A DNA stretch of 64,000 nt from the NCBI GenBank assembly GCA_964643135.1, contig CAZXPC010000003.1:6152-70151 (forward strand), written 5' to 3'. Positions 47,244-56,308 of this stretch are shown piece after piece. This DNA comes from an uncultured Candidatus Saccharibacteria bacterium. Lineage in GTDB: Bacteria > Patescibacteriota > Minisyncoccia > UBA6257 > Colwellbacteraceae. Both the position numbers and the translations under genes were made by a program. The notes under the pieces are model-generated. The model was not told where the DNA came from, did not search any database, and worked only from the letters and a program-made list of their open reading frames with translations. Every line of letters starts with the position of its first letter. Position 1 is the first letter of the stretch.

Positions 47244-48473
47244 ATGATGGATTTAAAAGCATTAGTTCAAAATATCGGCCAGATCGCTGAGGAAAAAGGC
47301 GTCCCGGCCGACGCGGTGCTTTCAGCGATTGAAGATTCGCTCGCCGCTGCTTATAAAAAAGAATATGGCACGAAGGGTAGTCTGGTTAGAGCTAAACTTG
47401 ATACTAAAACAGGCGAATTAAATTTCGTTCAGGTTAAAACAGTGGTTGATGACACAACTATCCGCATGCCCGTTGAAGGCGAGGAAGAAACTGCGCCGAC
47501 TGGCGAATTAACGGAAGAAAAGTTGCCTCGCTACAGCGCCGAAAGGCACCTCTTTTTAGAAGAGGCCAAGGCGATAGTTCCGAAAAAAAAGCAGGACGCG
47601 CTAAAAGTTGGCGACGAAGTTGAAATCCACTTGCCGCTCCATACTGATTTTGGCCGAATTGCCGCTCAGACGGCCAAGCAGGTAATCATTCAGAAGCTTC
47701 GCGAGATCGAAAGGGATTCGATTATTAAGGAATATAAAGACAAAGAGGGCGGGATTGTGAGCGGTGTCGTCCAGCGTTTTGAACGCGGCAATGTTTTTGT
47801 CGACTTGGGCCGGCTCTCAGCTATTTTGCCCTACAATGAATCGATTCCGGGCGAACACTACCGAGTGGGCGAGAGGTTGAGATTCTATATCGCTTCAGTC
47901 GCGACTGATTTGAAGACTCCGGGTATTATTCTTTCACGCTCACACCCGAAATTTGTGGCTAAACTTTTCGAATTGGAGGTTCCGGAAATCGCGGATGGCA
48001 TCGTCCTGGTTAAAGCGATTGCGCGCGAGCCGGGGAGCCGGACCAAGATTGCGGTGGCTTCAACCGTTGAAGGCATTGATCCGGTTGGGTCTTGCGTCGG
48101 CCAGCGCGGCACCCGTGTTATGGCGGTGACCAACGAACTAGGCCAGGAAAAGCTTGATATCATTGAATGGTCGGACAAAACCGAAAAATTTATTGCTAAT
48201 TCTTTGTCGCCCACGAAGGTGCAGTCGGTAGAAATGACCGGGGACAACAGCGCATTGGTTTTGGTCCAGGACAGCGAGCTTAGCTTAGCGATCGGTAAGG
48301 GCGGCCAGAATGTTCGCTTAGCCGCCAAATTAACCGGTTGCAAGATTGATGTTAGATCACAGGCCAGGCCCGATGAGGTCAAAGAAGGAGCGATTGCTGA
48401 AGCCGGCGAAGGATCTCCAGCGCAGGATGACATGGATAAACCGGTGTATCGCAAGCCCGACGTCGACGACTAA
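47244..48473 (+). CDS. nusA: Transcription termination/antitermination protein NusA
   Basis: N-terminal domain, S1 domain and two KH domains (..GSCVGQRGTRV.. and ..AIGKGGQNVRLAAKLTG..). Length is 409 aa. Confidence 0.9.
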   Translation: MMDLKALVQNIGQIAEEKGVPADAVLSAIEDSLAAAYKKEYGTKGSLVRAKLDTKTGELNFVQVKTVVDDTTIRMPVEGEEETAPTGELTEEKLPRYSAERHLFLEEAKAIVPKKKQDALKVGDEVEIHLPLHTDFGRIAAQTAKQVIIQKLREIERDSIIKEYKDKEGGIVSGVVQRFERGNVFVDLGRLSAILPYNESIPGEHYRVGERLRFYIASVATDLKTPGIILSRSHPKFVAKLFELEVPEIADGIVLVKAIAREPGSRTKIAVASTVEGIDPVGSCVGQRGTRVMAVTNELGQEKLDIIEWSDKTEKFIANSLSPTKVQSVEMTGDNSALVLVQDSELSLAIGKGGQNVRLAAKLTGCKIDVRSQARPDEVKEGAIAEAGEGSPAQDDMDKPVYRKPDVDD

Positions 48474-48533
48474 AATCGCGCCTCAAATTCAAGGAAGCTT
48501 GCCAGCGATTTGATTAAGGTATAACTTGTAAAC

Positions 48534-49163
48534 ATGATGCCAAAAAATATAAACAGAAATTTACAAATGGAAGACCAGTACCTGATCCCGACAGTCATCG
48601 AAAAGACTGCCTATGGCGAGCGCGCATATGATATTTATTCGCGTCTTTTAAAAGACCGGATAATTTTCTTGGGCGGGCCGATTAATGACGCGGTGGCTAA
48701 TGCCGTGATTGCTCAGATGCTTTTCTTGGAAAGCCAAGATCCGAAAGAAGATATTAAGCTTTATATCAATTCTCCGGGCGGATCGGTTTACGCCGGTATG
48801 GCTATTTTCGATACCATGCAGCACATCAAGCCCGATGTTTCGACCATCGCTGTTGGCATTGCCGCTTCTATGGGCGCGTTTTTGCTCGCTATGGGCAAAA
48901 AGGGCAAGCGTTTTGCTCTGCCGAACTCAGAGATTTTAATTCACCAGCCCATGGGCGGTGCGGAAGGACAGGCTACCGAAATTGAAATCGCCGCCAAGCA
49001 AATTGTTAAAACTAAGGCAAAATTAAATCAAATTCTCGCTAAGGCAACTGGACAAACTCTTGCCAAGGTTGAGAAAGATACTGATCGGGACTTTTGGATG
49101 GACGCCGACGAAGCCAAGATTTATGGTATCGTGGACGAAGTGATCACCAAGAAGAGCAAATAG
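48534..49163 (+). CDS. clpP: ATP-dependent Clp protease proteolytic subunit
   Basis: [29 protein letters not shown] carries the Ser/His/Asp triad context. Length is 209 aa. Confidence 0.9.
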   Translation: MMPKNINRNLQMEDQYLIPTVIEKTAYGERAYDIYSRLLKDRIIFLGGPINDAVANAVIAQMLFLESQDPKEDIKLYINSPGGSVYAGMAIFDTMQHIKPDVSTIAVGIAASMGAFLLAMGKKGKRFALPNSEILIHQPMGGAEGQATEIEIAAKQIVKTKAKLNQILAKATGQTLAKVEKDTDRDFWMDADEAKIYGIVDEVITKKSK

Positions 49164-49445
49164 TTTCGTTTTCCCATCTTCTTTCGCCCCCCCTCCGAAA
49201 TCCGATCTACCCTTCAGGGCACAGGATAAATTTGGGGCTCAAATTTTCCTTTCAGCTCGCCTAACCCGGCTCCGCGAATCCCTTCAGAATAGATTCGGAT
49301 TTCTCGGCTATGCAGACCGAAAGAGCCGTAAACCACAAGCCCCACAGGGAACATCGCGGAAGGAGTGTAGACGACTGAGCGCGAAGAAAAATTTCAGTCA
49401 GAAATTTATTCTGTTTCCCGAGGAGGCTGTGGTTGGAGGCGGACT
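49164..49445. repeat. Copy D of the modular intergenic repeat. A full-length element in inverted orientation relative to copy B
   Basis: The reverse complement of 49164-49445 matches both end modules of 33073-33372 at about 85-90% identity. The centre is different. A compensatory hairpin AAATTTG-AGCCC-CAAATTT here corresponds to AAATCCCT-AGCA-AGGGATTT in copy B. Confidence 0.8.
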
Positions 49446-49482
49446 GATAGTTTTGGGTTCTGGTAGAGTTCGGTATAGAATT

Positions 49483-50694
49483 ATGATTATGAATAAAGAA
49501 GAGTTGATCGACGAATTGCTAACGCGCGGCATTGAGCGGATTTATCCTTCTAAGGAGGCGTTTGAGAAGACTTTAAAGAGCGGCAAAAAATTAAGAATTT
49601 ATTGGGGGACCGATCCGACTTCGACCCAAATGCACATCGGCCATGCAGCGAGTCTTTTTCCGTTAAGACGATTACAAGAGCTTGGCCACGAAGTTATTTT
49701 TTTGATCGGCGACTTTACGGCCAAGATCGGCGACCCGAGCGATAAGAAAGCGACCAGGAGGCAATTAACGGATAAAGAAATTAAAGCGAACCTCAAGAAT
49801 TTTAGGGTCCAGGCCTCAAAGATAATCGATTTTAAGGGTAAGAACGCCGCGAAATTAATGTTTAATTCGAAGTGGCTTTCCAAGATGAACCTGGCTGATA
49901 TTTTAGAATTGACGAGTAAAGTTACTGTTCAGCAGATGATCCAGCGGGATATGTTCCAGGAGAGAATCAAAGAATCAAAGGCAATTGGCGTGCACGAATT
50001 TTTGTATCCGCTAATGCAGGGCTATGATTCGGTGGTTATGGATGTTGATGCCGAAATTGGCGGCAATGACCAGACTTTCAATATGCTCGTCGGCCGAGAC
50101 TTGATGAGAATTTATAAAGATAAAGAGAAGTTCGTGATTTCAGTCAAGCTTTTAACCAATGCCGAGGGCAAGAAGATGAGCAAAACCGAGGGAGATTTAA
50201 TAAATATCAGTGATGAACCGAACGATATGTTTGGCAAAGTGATGGCCCTCTCCGACGGCGTTATGTTCAACTTGGCCGAACTCGCCACAATTATGCCAAT
50301 GGCCGAAATAAATAACCTAAAGGAGTCGTTAAATGTTTTAAACGCCAATCCGCGCGACACTAAGGCCAGAATTGCGCATTGGGTAGTTAAAACCTATCAT
50401 GGCGAAAAGGCGGCGGATAAAGCTGAAGATGAATTTAACCGTGTTTTTAAATCCAAAGAGTTGCCGGAAGATATTGCGATGGTTAAGCTGGGTAAGACAG
50501 AAATTGGGATTGTTGATTTGCTTGTCGAAGTTAAGTTTGCGGCATCAAAAAGCGAGGCGCGGCGACTTATCGAGCAGGGTGGAGTAAAAATCGACGGCAT
50601 GAAAGTCGCTGAAGCTAATTTGGTCGTGCCGATTACTTCAAAACCGATCCTCCTGCAGGCCGGAAAGAGGCATTTTGTAAAGATATCTATCTGA
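49483..50694 (+). CDS. tyrS: Tyrosine--tRNA ligase
   Basis: HIGH motif (QMHIGHAAS). KMSKS motif (KKMSKTEG). C-terminal S4-like domain. The ORF-track start at 49429 runs back into the repeat; the first in-frame ATG is at 49483. Confidence 0.9.
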   Translation: MIMNKEELIDELLTRGIERIYPSKEAFEKTLKSGKKLRIYWGTDPTSTQMHIGHAASLFPLRRLQELGHEVIFLIGDFTAKIGDPSDKKATRRQLTDKEIKANLKNFRVQASKIIDFKGKNAAKLMFNSKWLSKMNLADILELTSKVTVQQMIQRDMFQERIKESKAIGVHEFLYPLMQGYDSVVMDVDAEIGGNDQTFNMLVGRDLMRIYKDKEKFVISVKLLTNAEGKKMSKTEGDLINISDEPNDMFGKVMALSDGVMFNLAELATIMPMAEINNLKESLNVLNANPRDTKARIAHWVVKTYHGEKAADKAEDEFNRVFKSKELPEDIAMVKLGKTEIGIVDLLVEVKFAASKSEARRLIEQGGVKIDGMKVAEANLVVPITSKPILLQAGKRHFVKISI

Positions 50695-51109
50695 TTCTAA
50701 ATTCTTGGAACTGTTCGCGAAGTCTTGGCAGGGCCTCAACCAGATTAGGCGCCAAAACGCCTTCGTTTTTCATTTGTTCTATTTCGTCGAAACTATACCA
50801 TTCAAAGTGGTTGATTTTATTTTCTTCGGCTTTTTGAGCCCTTGGTTCGCCATCGATAATTTCGCAAAAATACATTTTGACCGAAAATTCGCCCTCTGCC
50901 GACACCGTGTCATAAGTTCCGAAGAGGGATACCGGCCTGACTCTAATGCCGAGTTCTTCTTTCAGGTCTCTTGTAACGGCTGACTCTGGGGTCTCGCCTG
51001 GTTCAATCTTGCCACCGGGCGGTTCGACTCTTAGGCCGTGCTTAATGTTGTGCACTAAGAGGATCTTATCGTCTTTTATAATCAATCCCGCGACTAATTC
51101 TTTTCTCAT
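50687..51109 (-). CDS. NUDIX hydrolase (MutT-like)
   Basis: Nudix box GGKIEPGETPESAVTRDLKEELGI. Length is 140 aa. Confidence 0.8.
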   Translation of the reverse strand: MRKELVAGLIIKDDKILLVHNIKHGLRVEPPGGKIEPGETPESAVTRDLKEELGIRVRPVSLFGTYDTVSAEGEFSVKMYFCEIIDGEPRAQKAEENKINHFEWYSFDEIEQMKNEGVLAPNLVEALPRLREQFQEFRIR

Positions 51110-51180
51110 GCGGGCCCACGAGGATTTGAACCTCGATCTTTCCTTTTGGAGAGGAAAATTCTGCCATTGAACTATGGACC
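51110..51180 (-). tRNA. tRNA-Trp (anticodon CCA)
   Basis: Hand-folded. Acceptor GGGTCCA/TGGGCCC. Anticodon stem TTCCT/AGGAA, loop CTCCAAA. T-arm CGAGG-TTCAAAT-CCTCG. Its 3' end abuts the Nudix start codon. Confidence 0.8.
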
Positions 51181-51243
51181 CTGGTTAACAAATACTAATA
51201 CAAAAACGTTGAGTTATACAACTCAAAAGTCTTGATTCAACTG

Positions 51244-51314
51244 AGCGAGTAACGGGAGTCGAACCCGTATCTAGTCCTTGGCAAGGACTCATAATGCCGC
51301 TATACGATACCCGC
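51244..51314 (-). tRNA. tRNA-Gly (anticodon GCC)
   Basis: Acceptor GCGGGTA/TACTCGC (one G-U pair). Anticodon stem AGTCC/GGACT, loop TTGCCAA. T-arm ACGGG-TTCGACT-CCCGT. The D-arm pairing is irregular. Confidence 0.6.
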
Positions 51315-51440
51315 GATGGTTAATACTTTATAATTTTTTCGCTAATAAATCAATGTTTTATTTTTCGATTCTAAACGTCTTTATATTTACACATCTCCCG
51401 GGCTGGATTAGAATCTAGGAGCGCTTAGGATGGTCTATTT

Positions 51441-52055
51441 ATGAAATCAATCACTTTCAAAAGCCACTGGTTTTGGATCCTGATAATTATTCTTAGCACG
51501 CTTTTTGCTGTGTATATCGGTTTGAGGCTATTGGGTCAGACTATCTTTGTTCCCAAGGGTTTTTTGGAGGCGCGGACCAGGGGAGCCGACATAGCGAATA
51601 GCATTGTGGCCCTTTCGACCGATTCCGTTAACAATCTTAAAACCATTCAACTGCAGAACGACCTTAAGAATTATGAGGACGGCTTAAATTCGGTTATCAA
51701 AGAGATTGCCCGTAATGAAGATGCGCGCAAGGACGCGATTAGCCTTTCCTCTCAGCTCGAGACGATGGCCGGCAGCATTGCCGACATCCGGCCTAAGACC
51801 GCTTCAGATATGGCGCTCAGGGCGATCATCATTGAGTCTCAAATTGCGCAAAGGCTGATCAACTACAACGGCTACATCGCCGAACTTCTGAGCGATTTCC
51901 AATCCAGATTTGCCAAAGGCTCGAAGGTGAACGAACAGGCGGTTAAAGACTTGATTTCAAAAATGGACGGCGAGATATCCTCGATCAATGATTTGAACGA
52001 ACAATATCGGGGCTTGATGAGCCAGTTTGATGAACTAACCTCGGTTAAACATTAA
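51441..52055 (+). CDS. Hypothetical protein with an N-terminal TM anchor and a coiled-coil-like body
   Basis: ORF only. TM segment WFWILIIILSTLFAVYIGL. Confidence 0.45.
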   Translation: MKSITFKSHWFWILIIILSTLFAVYIGLRLLGQTIFVPKGFLEARTRGADIANSIVALSTDSVNNLKTIQLQNDLKNYEDGLNSVIKEIARNEDARKDAISLSSQLETMAGSIADIRPKTASDMALRAIIIESQIAQRLINYNGYIAELLSDFQSRFAKGSKVNEQAVKDLISKMDGEISSINDLNEQYRGLMSQFDELTSVKH

Positions 52056-52061
52056 AGTTTG

Positions 52062-52133
52062 TGCCGGATCCCAGAATCGAACTGGGTACGCCAGCCTCTT
52101 CAGGGCTGCGCTCTGCCAATGAGCTAATCCGGC
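52062..52133 (-). tRNA. tRNA-Phe (anticodon GAA)
   Basis: Acceptor GCCGGAT/ATCCGGC. D GCTC/GAGC. Anticodon stem CAGCC/GGCTG, loop CTGAAGA. T-arm CCCAG-TTCGATT-CTGGG. Confidence 0.8.
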
Positions 52134-52204
52134 GATACTAGAGATAGTAACTTCTGGCGATTAAAATTGCAATTGAGTATTATTCGCTATATTCTGAAAG
52201 CCTA

Positions 52205-52276
52205 GCCCTTGTCGTTCAATGGACAGGACAGAGGTTTCCTAAACCTTAAATGGAGGTTCGATTCCTCCCGAGGGCA
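52205..52276 (+). tRNA. tRNA-Arg (anticodon CCT)
   Basis: Acceptor GCCCTTG/CGAGGGC. Anticodon stem GAGGT/ACCTT, loop TTCCTAA. T-arm GGAGG-TTCGATT-CCTCC. Confidence 0.7.
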
Positions 52277-52338
52277 CAAAATTGGCAAATTTGAATAATT
52301 TATTTTACACTGGTAAAACCTCCGGAACGAGGTTAGAC

Positions 52339-52410
52339 CCTCCTGTAGTTCAATGGATAGAATAGGGAACTTCTAATTCCTTGATCGAGGTTCGATTCCT
52401 CGCGGGAGGA
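52339..52410 (+). tRNA. tRNA-Arg (anticodon TCT)
   Basis: Acceptor CCTCCTG/CGGGAGG. Anticodon stem GGGAA/TTCCT, loop CTTCTAA. T-arm CGAGG-TTCGATT-CCTCG. Confidence 0.7.
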
Positions 52411-52420
52411 CAAGCAGCGA

Positions 52421-52491
52421 CGGGCCGTCGTATATTGGTAGTATACCTGTTTTGGGAACAGGCGGGCTGGGTTCGATTCCCAGCGGCCCGA
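52421..52491 (+). tRNA. tRNA-Pro (anticodon TGG)
   Basis: Acceptor CGGGCCG/CGGCCCG. Anticodon stem CCTGT/ACAGG, loop TTTGGGA. T-arm CTGGG-TTCGATT-CCCAG. The D stem has G-U pairs. Confidence 0.65.
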
Positions 52492-52557
52492 CATCTTAAA
52501 AATAAATAGAGATTTGTAGCAAAAAATAATATATTGTTATAGTATTGTTTTCATCAT

Positions 52558-52629
52558 GGTGCCTATAGCTCAATGGTAGAGCGCCTCCCTGTGGAGGAGG
52601 ATACACGGGTTCGATCCCCGTTAGGCACC
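52558..52629 (+). tRNA. tRNA-His (anticodon GTG) with an encoded G-1
   Basis: Extra 5' G before acceptor GTGCCTA/TAGGCAC. Discriminator C. Anticodon stem CCTCC/GGAGG, loop CTGTGGA. T-arm ACGGG-TTCGATC-CCCGT. Confidence 0.85.
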
Positions 52630-52660
52630 CAATTATAAACTGTCGGCCGAATTAAAAAGA

Positions 52661-52689
52661 TTGACAAACATAATCACCCTCTCTAGAGT
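52661..52689 (+). promoter_or_regulatory. TTGACA-17-TAGAGT promoter-like element upstream of the Orc1/Cdc6 gene
   Basis: TTGACA at 52661-52666, a 17-nt spacer, then TAGAGT at 52684-52689. Same architecture as the promoters at 29291 and 39204. Confidence 0.5.
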
Positions 52690-52772
52690 GGGAATGTTGG
52701 GGTGACAACAACTTGACGACCAAATCCAAACCGAAAGAGGGAATCTTCGATTCGCTCTTGAGGAGCGAGCCG

Positions 52773-53966
52773 ATGTTCAGAAACAAGGAAGTCCTGCGGT
52801 CTAGCTACATGCCTGACGAGCTGCCGCACCGGACGACCCAGATCAATCAGCTCGCGGCGATCCTCGTTGGGGCGCTCAAGGGTGAAACGCCCTCGAACGT
52901 CCTTATCTACGGGCAGTCGGGAACTGGGAAAACCGCGGTGGCGCGCTTCGTGGGCAACGAGCTGCAGAAGACGGGGAAGGAGAAGGACCAGACGGTCTTT
53001 TTCGTCTATATCAACTGCCAGCTCGTCGACACGCAGTATCGAGTCCTCACGCACATCGCGAACCATTTCATCGAGAACTGGGACGACCGCATCCCGTTCA
53101 CGGGCTGGCCGACGGACGAGGTCTACAACAAGCTGAAGCAGAAGATCGACGAGAAGGGAGGCGCCTGCGTCATCGTCTTGGACGAAATCGACAAACTCGT
53201 TTCCAAGGCCGGCGACGACATCCTCTACGCACTCTTGTCGATCAACAGCGACCTGAAGAGCGCGAAGGTGTCCGTGATCGGCATCTCGAACGACCTGAAG
53301 TTCACTGAGCTTCTCGACCCGCGCGTGAAGTCGCGCCTGGGCGAGGAGGAGGTGATCTTCCCTTCGTACGACGCCGTGGAGCTCCAGGACATCATGAAAC
53401 AGCGCGCAGAGATGGCGTTTCAGGGAGGTTCGCTGGAAGACAGCGTCATGCCTCTTTGCGCCGTTTTGGCCGCACAGGAGCATGGCGATGCTCGTCGAGC
53501 GCTGGACCTTCTTCGCGTCGCCGGCGAATTGGCGGAGCGGGAGGGCCAGAAGTCAGTGAGTGAGAAGTACGTGCGGAAGGCTCAGAACAAGATCGAGGGC
53601 GACCGCGTGACCGAGGTCGTGCGCACGCTTCCCACGCAGAGCAAGATCGTGCTTCTCAGTGCGATCTTCGGCGAAGAATCGGGAACGAAGAGTCTCACGA
53701 CCGGCGAGGTGTACGACACGTACCGCGAACTTTGTGAGGAAGCCCGCCAGGACATCCTCACGCAGCGCCGCGTTACGGACCTCATCTCGGAACTCGACAT
53801 GCTCGGAATCTTCCGGGCGCGGGTTGTCTCCAAGGGGCGTTACGGACGCACCAAGGAGATCGAGCTGGCCATTCCGGTTGAAGAGACCAAGGCTGTGCTC
53901 TGCGAGGATCCTGTCGTGGGGCCAGTCATGGGGTTCCGCCCAAAGAAGCAATCGAGGCTCTTCTAG
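52773..53966 (+). CDS. Orc1/Cdc6-family AAA+ ATPase (archaeal/eukaryotic-type replication initiator homolog), high-GC islet
   Basis: N-terminal MFRNKEVLRSSYMPDELPHRTTQINQL follows the Orc1/Cdc6 IF.N.E.L...Y.P..LPHR..Q pattern. Walker A LIYGQSGTGKTAVA. Walker B VIVLDEIDKL. Sensor-1 ISN. C-terminal winged helix. About 60% GC against about 40-45% in the flanks. An alternative TTG start at 52713 (ORF-track start) would add 20 aa. Confidence 0.8.
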   Translation: MFRNKEVLRSSYMPDELPHRTTQINQLAAILVGALKGETPSNVLIYGQSGTGKTAVARFVGNELQKTGKEKDQTVFFVYINCQLVDTQYRVLTHIANHFIENWDDRIPFTGWPTDEVYNKLKQKIDEKGGACVIVLDEIDKLVSKAGDDILYALLSINSDLKSAKVSVIGISNDLKFTELLDPRVKSRLGEEEVIFPSYDAVELQDIMKQRAEMAFQGGSLEDSVMPLCAVLAAQEHGDARRALDLLRVAGELAEREGQKSVSEKYVRKAQNKIEGDRVTEVVRTLPTQSKIVLLSAIFGEESGTKSLTTGEVYDTYRELCEEARQDILTQRRVTDLISELDMLGIFRARVVSKGRYGRTKEIELAIPVEETKAVLCEDPVVGPVMGFRPKKQSRLF

Positions 53967-54030
53967 TCAGCGAACGTCGCCCCCCACGGGTTATTCGCGC
54001 CATCTGTGCAAACAGACCGCGCATAACCCG
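53967..54030 (+). terminator. Terminator-like hairpin (ACGGGTTAT ... ATAACCCGT plus a T7 run) after the Orc1/Cdc6 gene
   Basis: 9-bp stem with a long loop, followed by TTTTTTTATTT. Confidence 0.5.
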
Positions 54031-54060
54031 TTTTTTTATTTCTCTGATATACTTAAATGC

Positions 54061-55134
54061 ATGAGTAAAATTGCTAAATATCTCCGGCCGGCCGCTGTAT
54101 TTTTGGGTTTTTTATTTTTAGCTAAATCGGCTTCGGCGCACGAGGCTTATGTCTTGCCGCAGGCTGATTTTTGGGCGGCTATGAATTCTCCTTTTAGTTT
54201 GTATTCTTTGGATGCTTTGAAAGATCCCAATAATATTTTGATTGCCGTTCAAATTTTTGCCGGAGTGTCGCTGATGCTTGTTTTGAGCTTTTTCTTCCGG
54301 CGGTCAAAGCTGGGTAAGAAGTTAAACGATAAGATAGAAACTTTGTCGCCGATCGGTCTGCTTTTTGTGAGAGCCGCGCTCGCCATTTCATTATTTTTTT
54401 CGGCTTATTCATATGATTTTCTGGGTCCGGAACTGAAAATGTCGTTCCTGCCTTTTGCGCCATTGATCCAGGCCGCTCTCTACCTTATCAGTTTCATGAT
54501 TGCGGTCGGGTTTCTGACCGAATTAGCGGCCGGCGCCGCCCTCATCATATTCTTCATCGGGTTCTTTACCTTCGGCGGCTATGTTTTTACCTACCTGAAT
54601 TATCTGGGTTCAATATTAGTACTGCTGCTTTTTGGGATGCGTAAATGGTCGGTGGACGGCTACCTTTTCGGCCCGCTCAAACGATTTAAAGATTTCAGAA
54701 AATATGGAACCACAATCGTCCGGATTTGTTACGGTTTGGCGCTCGTTTACGCGGCGGTCACGGTAAAGTTCCTCCACCCGGAGCTGGTGGTCGATATTGT
54801 TAAGACCTGGAACCTGACTCAATTCGGCTGGCTTTTTCCCTCGGATCCGCTTTTGATCGCGTTTGGCGCCGGTCTCGCTGAAACCGCCATTGGTTTATTT
54901 ATAATTTTCGGTTTTGAGCTGAGGCTGACGGTTTTAGTCAGTTTGTTTTATATCACGCTCTCTTTGTTTTTCTTCAGAGAATTAGTTTGGCCGCATTTGA
55001 TGCTTTACGGCATATCTTTTAACTTGCTGGTCCAGCCGGAAATATTTACACTCGACCATTTCTTTGAGAAAAAGCTCTCCAATTTGTGGCTGCATCCGTT
55101 CCATCCGCACGTTAAAGCCAGCGAGAAAAAGTAG
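54061..55134 (+). CDS. Hypothetical polytopic integral membrane protein
   Basis: About 357 aa from the MSKIAKYL start, with multiple TM helices and low GC. The ORF-track start at 53659 is an artefactual extension overlapping the Orc1 gene in another frame. Confidence 0.55.
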   Translation: MSKIAKYLRPAAVFLGFLFLAKSASAHEAYVLPQADFWAAMNSPFSLYSLDALKDPNNILIAVQIFAGVSLMLVLSFFFRRSKLGKKLNDKIETLSPIGLLFVRAALAISLFFSAYSYDFLGPELKMSFLPFAPLIQAALYLISFMIAVGFLTELAAGAALIIFFIGFFTFGGYVFTYLNYLGSILVLLLFGMRKWSVDGYLFGPLKRFKDFRKYGTTIVRICYGLALVYAAVTVKFLHPELVVDIVKTWNLTQFGWLFPSDPLLIAFGAGLAETAIGLFIIFGFELRLTVLVSLFYITLSLFFFRELVWPHLMLYGISFNLLVQPEIFTLDHFFEKKLSNLWLHPFHPHVKASEKK

Positions 55135-55145
55135 AGCGGACTCAA

Positions 55146-55526
55146 TCAGCTGAGTTTTAAAACGGACATCACCTCTTCGGCGATGTTTTCCAGGCTCCAG
55201 TTGGTTTTAATCATAATAACGGCCGCGTCCTTGGTTGCCGGTTCGAGGATAAGGTTCTGGATATCTGAGTTAGTGATAATAATAACGGGGACGGTCTTGC
55301 CTTCCGGGCTGGCTCGAAGCTTCTCAAGCATTTTAACCCCGTTCATAACAGGCATGACAATATCTAAAATAATTACATCAGGCTTTTCCTTTAAGGCGTC
55401 CGTCAGCCCCTCTTCTCCGTTCTCGGCGCTGATAGTCGTGAAACCCTTTTTCTCGAAAATCAAAGAAAGCGCTTTCCGGGCGGCTGGGTCGTCGTCAACA
55501 ATGAGCATCTTTTTTTCTGTGATCAT
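55146..55526 (-). CDS. Response regulator receiver domain protein (CheY-like, stand-alone REC)
   Basis: MLIVDDDPAARKALSLIF...DIVMPVMNG...K places the phospho-acceptor Asp in context. Length is 126 aa. Confidence 0.85.
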   Translation of the reverse strand: MITEKKMLIVDDDPAARKALSLIFEKKGFTTISAENGEEGLTDALKEKPDVIILDIVMPVMNGVKMLEKLRASPEGKTVPVIIITNSDIQNLILEPATKDAAVIMIKTNWSLENIAEEVMSVLKLS

Positions 55527-55565
55527 GTCTACAGTATAGACGATTAAAGCTGGAATTAGTAACTT

Positions 55566-56042
55566 TTAAGAACTGCCGATTAGGAACCCGGCGAGGAAAA
55601 CCAGCGCCCCGCCGACCACGACCTGGACCGTCGAAAGCCAGAAGCTCATTTTGAAATAGTGGTAACGGATATATGAAATCGCGATCAGTTCCAGACCAAC
55701 GACAAAGTAAGCAATATAAAGGGCTTGGTTGAGGTTAGGCATCAGGAAGGGAAGGGTATGCAGGATGCCGCCCACAAAGGTCATGGCTCCGGTAATGAGT
55801 CCGCGCCTAACCGGGTGCCCGCGGCCGGTGTGTTCGCCGCTATCGGACAGCGCTTCGGCAAAAGCCATGCTGATGCCGGCACCGGTTGCCGCTGAAAGGC
55901 CGATTAAGAAGGCAACGTGGGTGTCGTGGGTTGCGAAAGCGGCCGCGAAAATAGGAGCCAGAGTCGAGACCGACCCGTCCATGAGGCCGGCCAAACCGGG
56001 CTGAATAGTCTTTAATATAAATAGCTTTTCTATTTCGTTCAT
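55566..56042 (-). CDS. VIT1/CCC1-family (DUF125) membrane protein
   Basis: LAGLMDGSVSTLAPIFAAAFA...GAMTFVGGILHTLPFL matches the VIT-family conserved core. Confidence 0.55.
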   Translation of the reverse strand: MNEIEKLFILKTIQPGLAGLMDGSVSTLAPIFAAAFATHDTHVAFLIGLSAATGAGISMAFAEALSDSGEHTGRGHPVRRGLITGAMTFVGGILHTLPFLMPNLNQALYIAYFVVGLELIAISYIRYHYFKMSFWLSTVQVVVGGALVFLAGFLIGSS

Positions 56043-56064
56043 AGCTAAGCTATTATAGCCCGGC

Positions 56065-56229
56065 TTACTTGAAAATTGAACTTCCGATAATGATCGTCAA
56101 AAGGAAAAGGAATAAGAATATAAAGAATAGGATTTTAGCGATTTCCAAGGCTGTTCCGGCCACATTGGTAAATCCTAACAAGCCCGCGATCATAGCAACA
56201 ACTAGAAAGATTAAACTCCACTTAAGCAT
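56065..56229 (-). CDS. UPF0391 (DUF1328) small membrane protein
   Basis: Hand-translated: MLKWSLIFLVVAMIAGLLGFTNVAGTALEIAKILFFIFLFLFLLTIIIGSSIFK (54 aa). Matches the family pattern ..ALIFL..A.IAGLLGF..IAG.A..IAKILFFIFL. Confidence 0.5.
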   Translation of the reverse strand: MLKWSLIFLVVAMIAGLLGFTNVAGTALEIAKILFFIFLFLFLLTIIIGSSIFK

Positions 56230-56308
56230 TTTATAAATATGTTTGATATTTCGACCTTTCCCCGTCGTCTATGAGACGTCGTAGACATGATACAATTTCA
56301 TTATACAG

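Noticed and set aside
49429-49482. Upstream extension of tyrS (MVGGGLIVLGSGRVRYRIMI)
   Set aside because: The extension is translated from the intergenic repeat copy D. The conserved TyrS N-terminus begins at the Met at 49483.
52683-53483. Minus-strand 266-aa ORF antisense to the Orc1/Cdc6 gene
   Set aside because: It is a typical long shadow ORF in a 60%-GC segment. The plus strand carries clear Walker A/B and Orc1 motifs, and this frame has no motif.
53659-54060. N-terminal 134-codon extension of the membrane-protein ORF (ORF-track start 53659)
   Set aside because: The extension is an alternate frame of the high-GC Orc1 gene and is Arg/Ser-rich. The composition switches abruptly at 54061, where a proper Met, Lys-rich start and TM helices begin.
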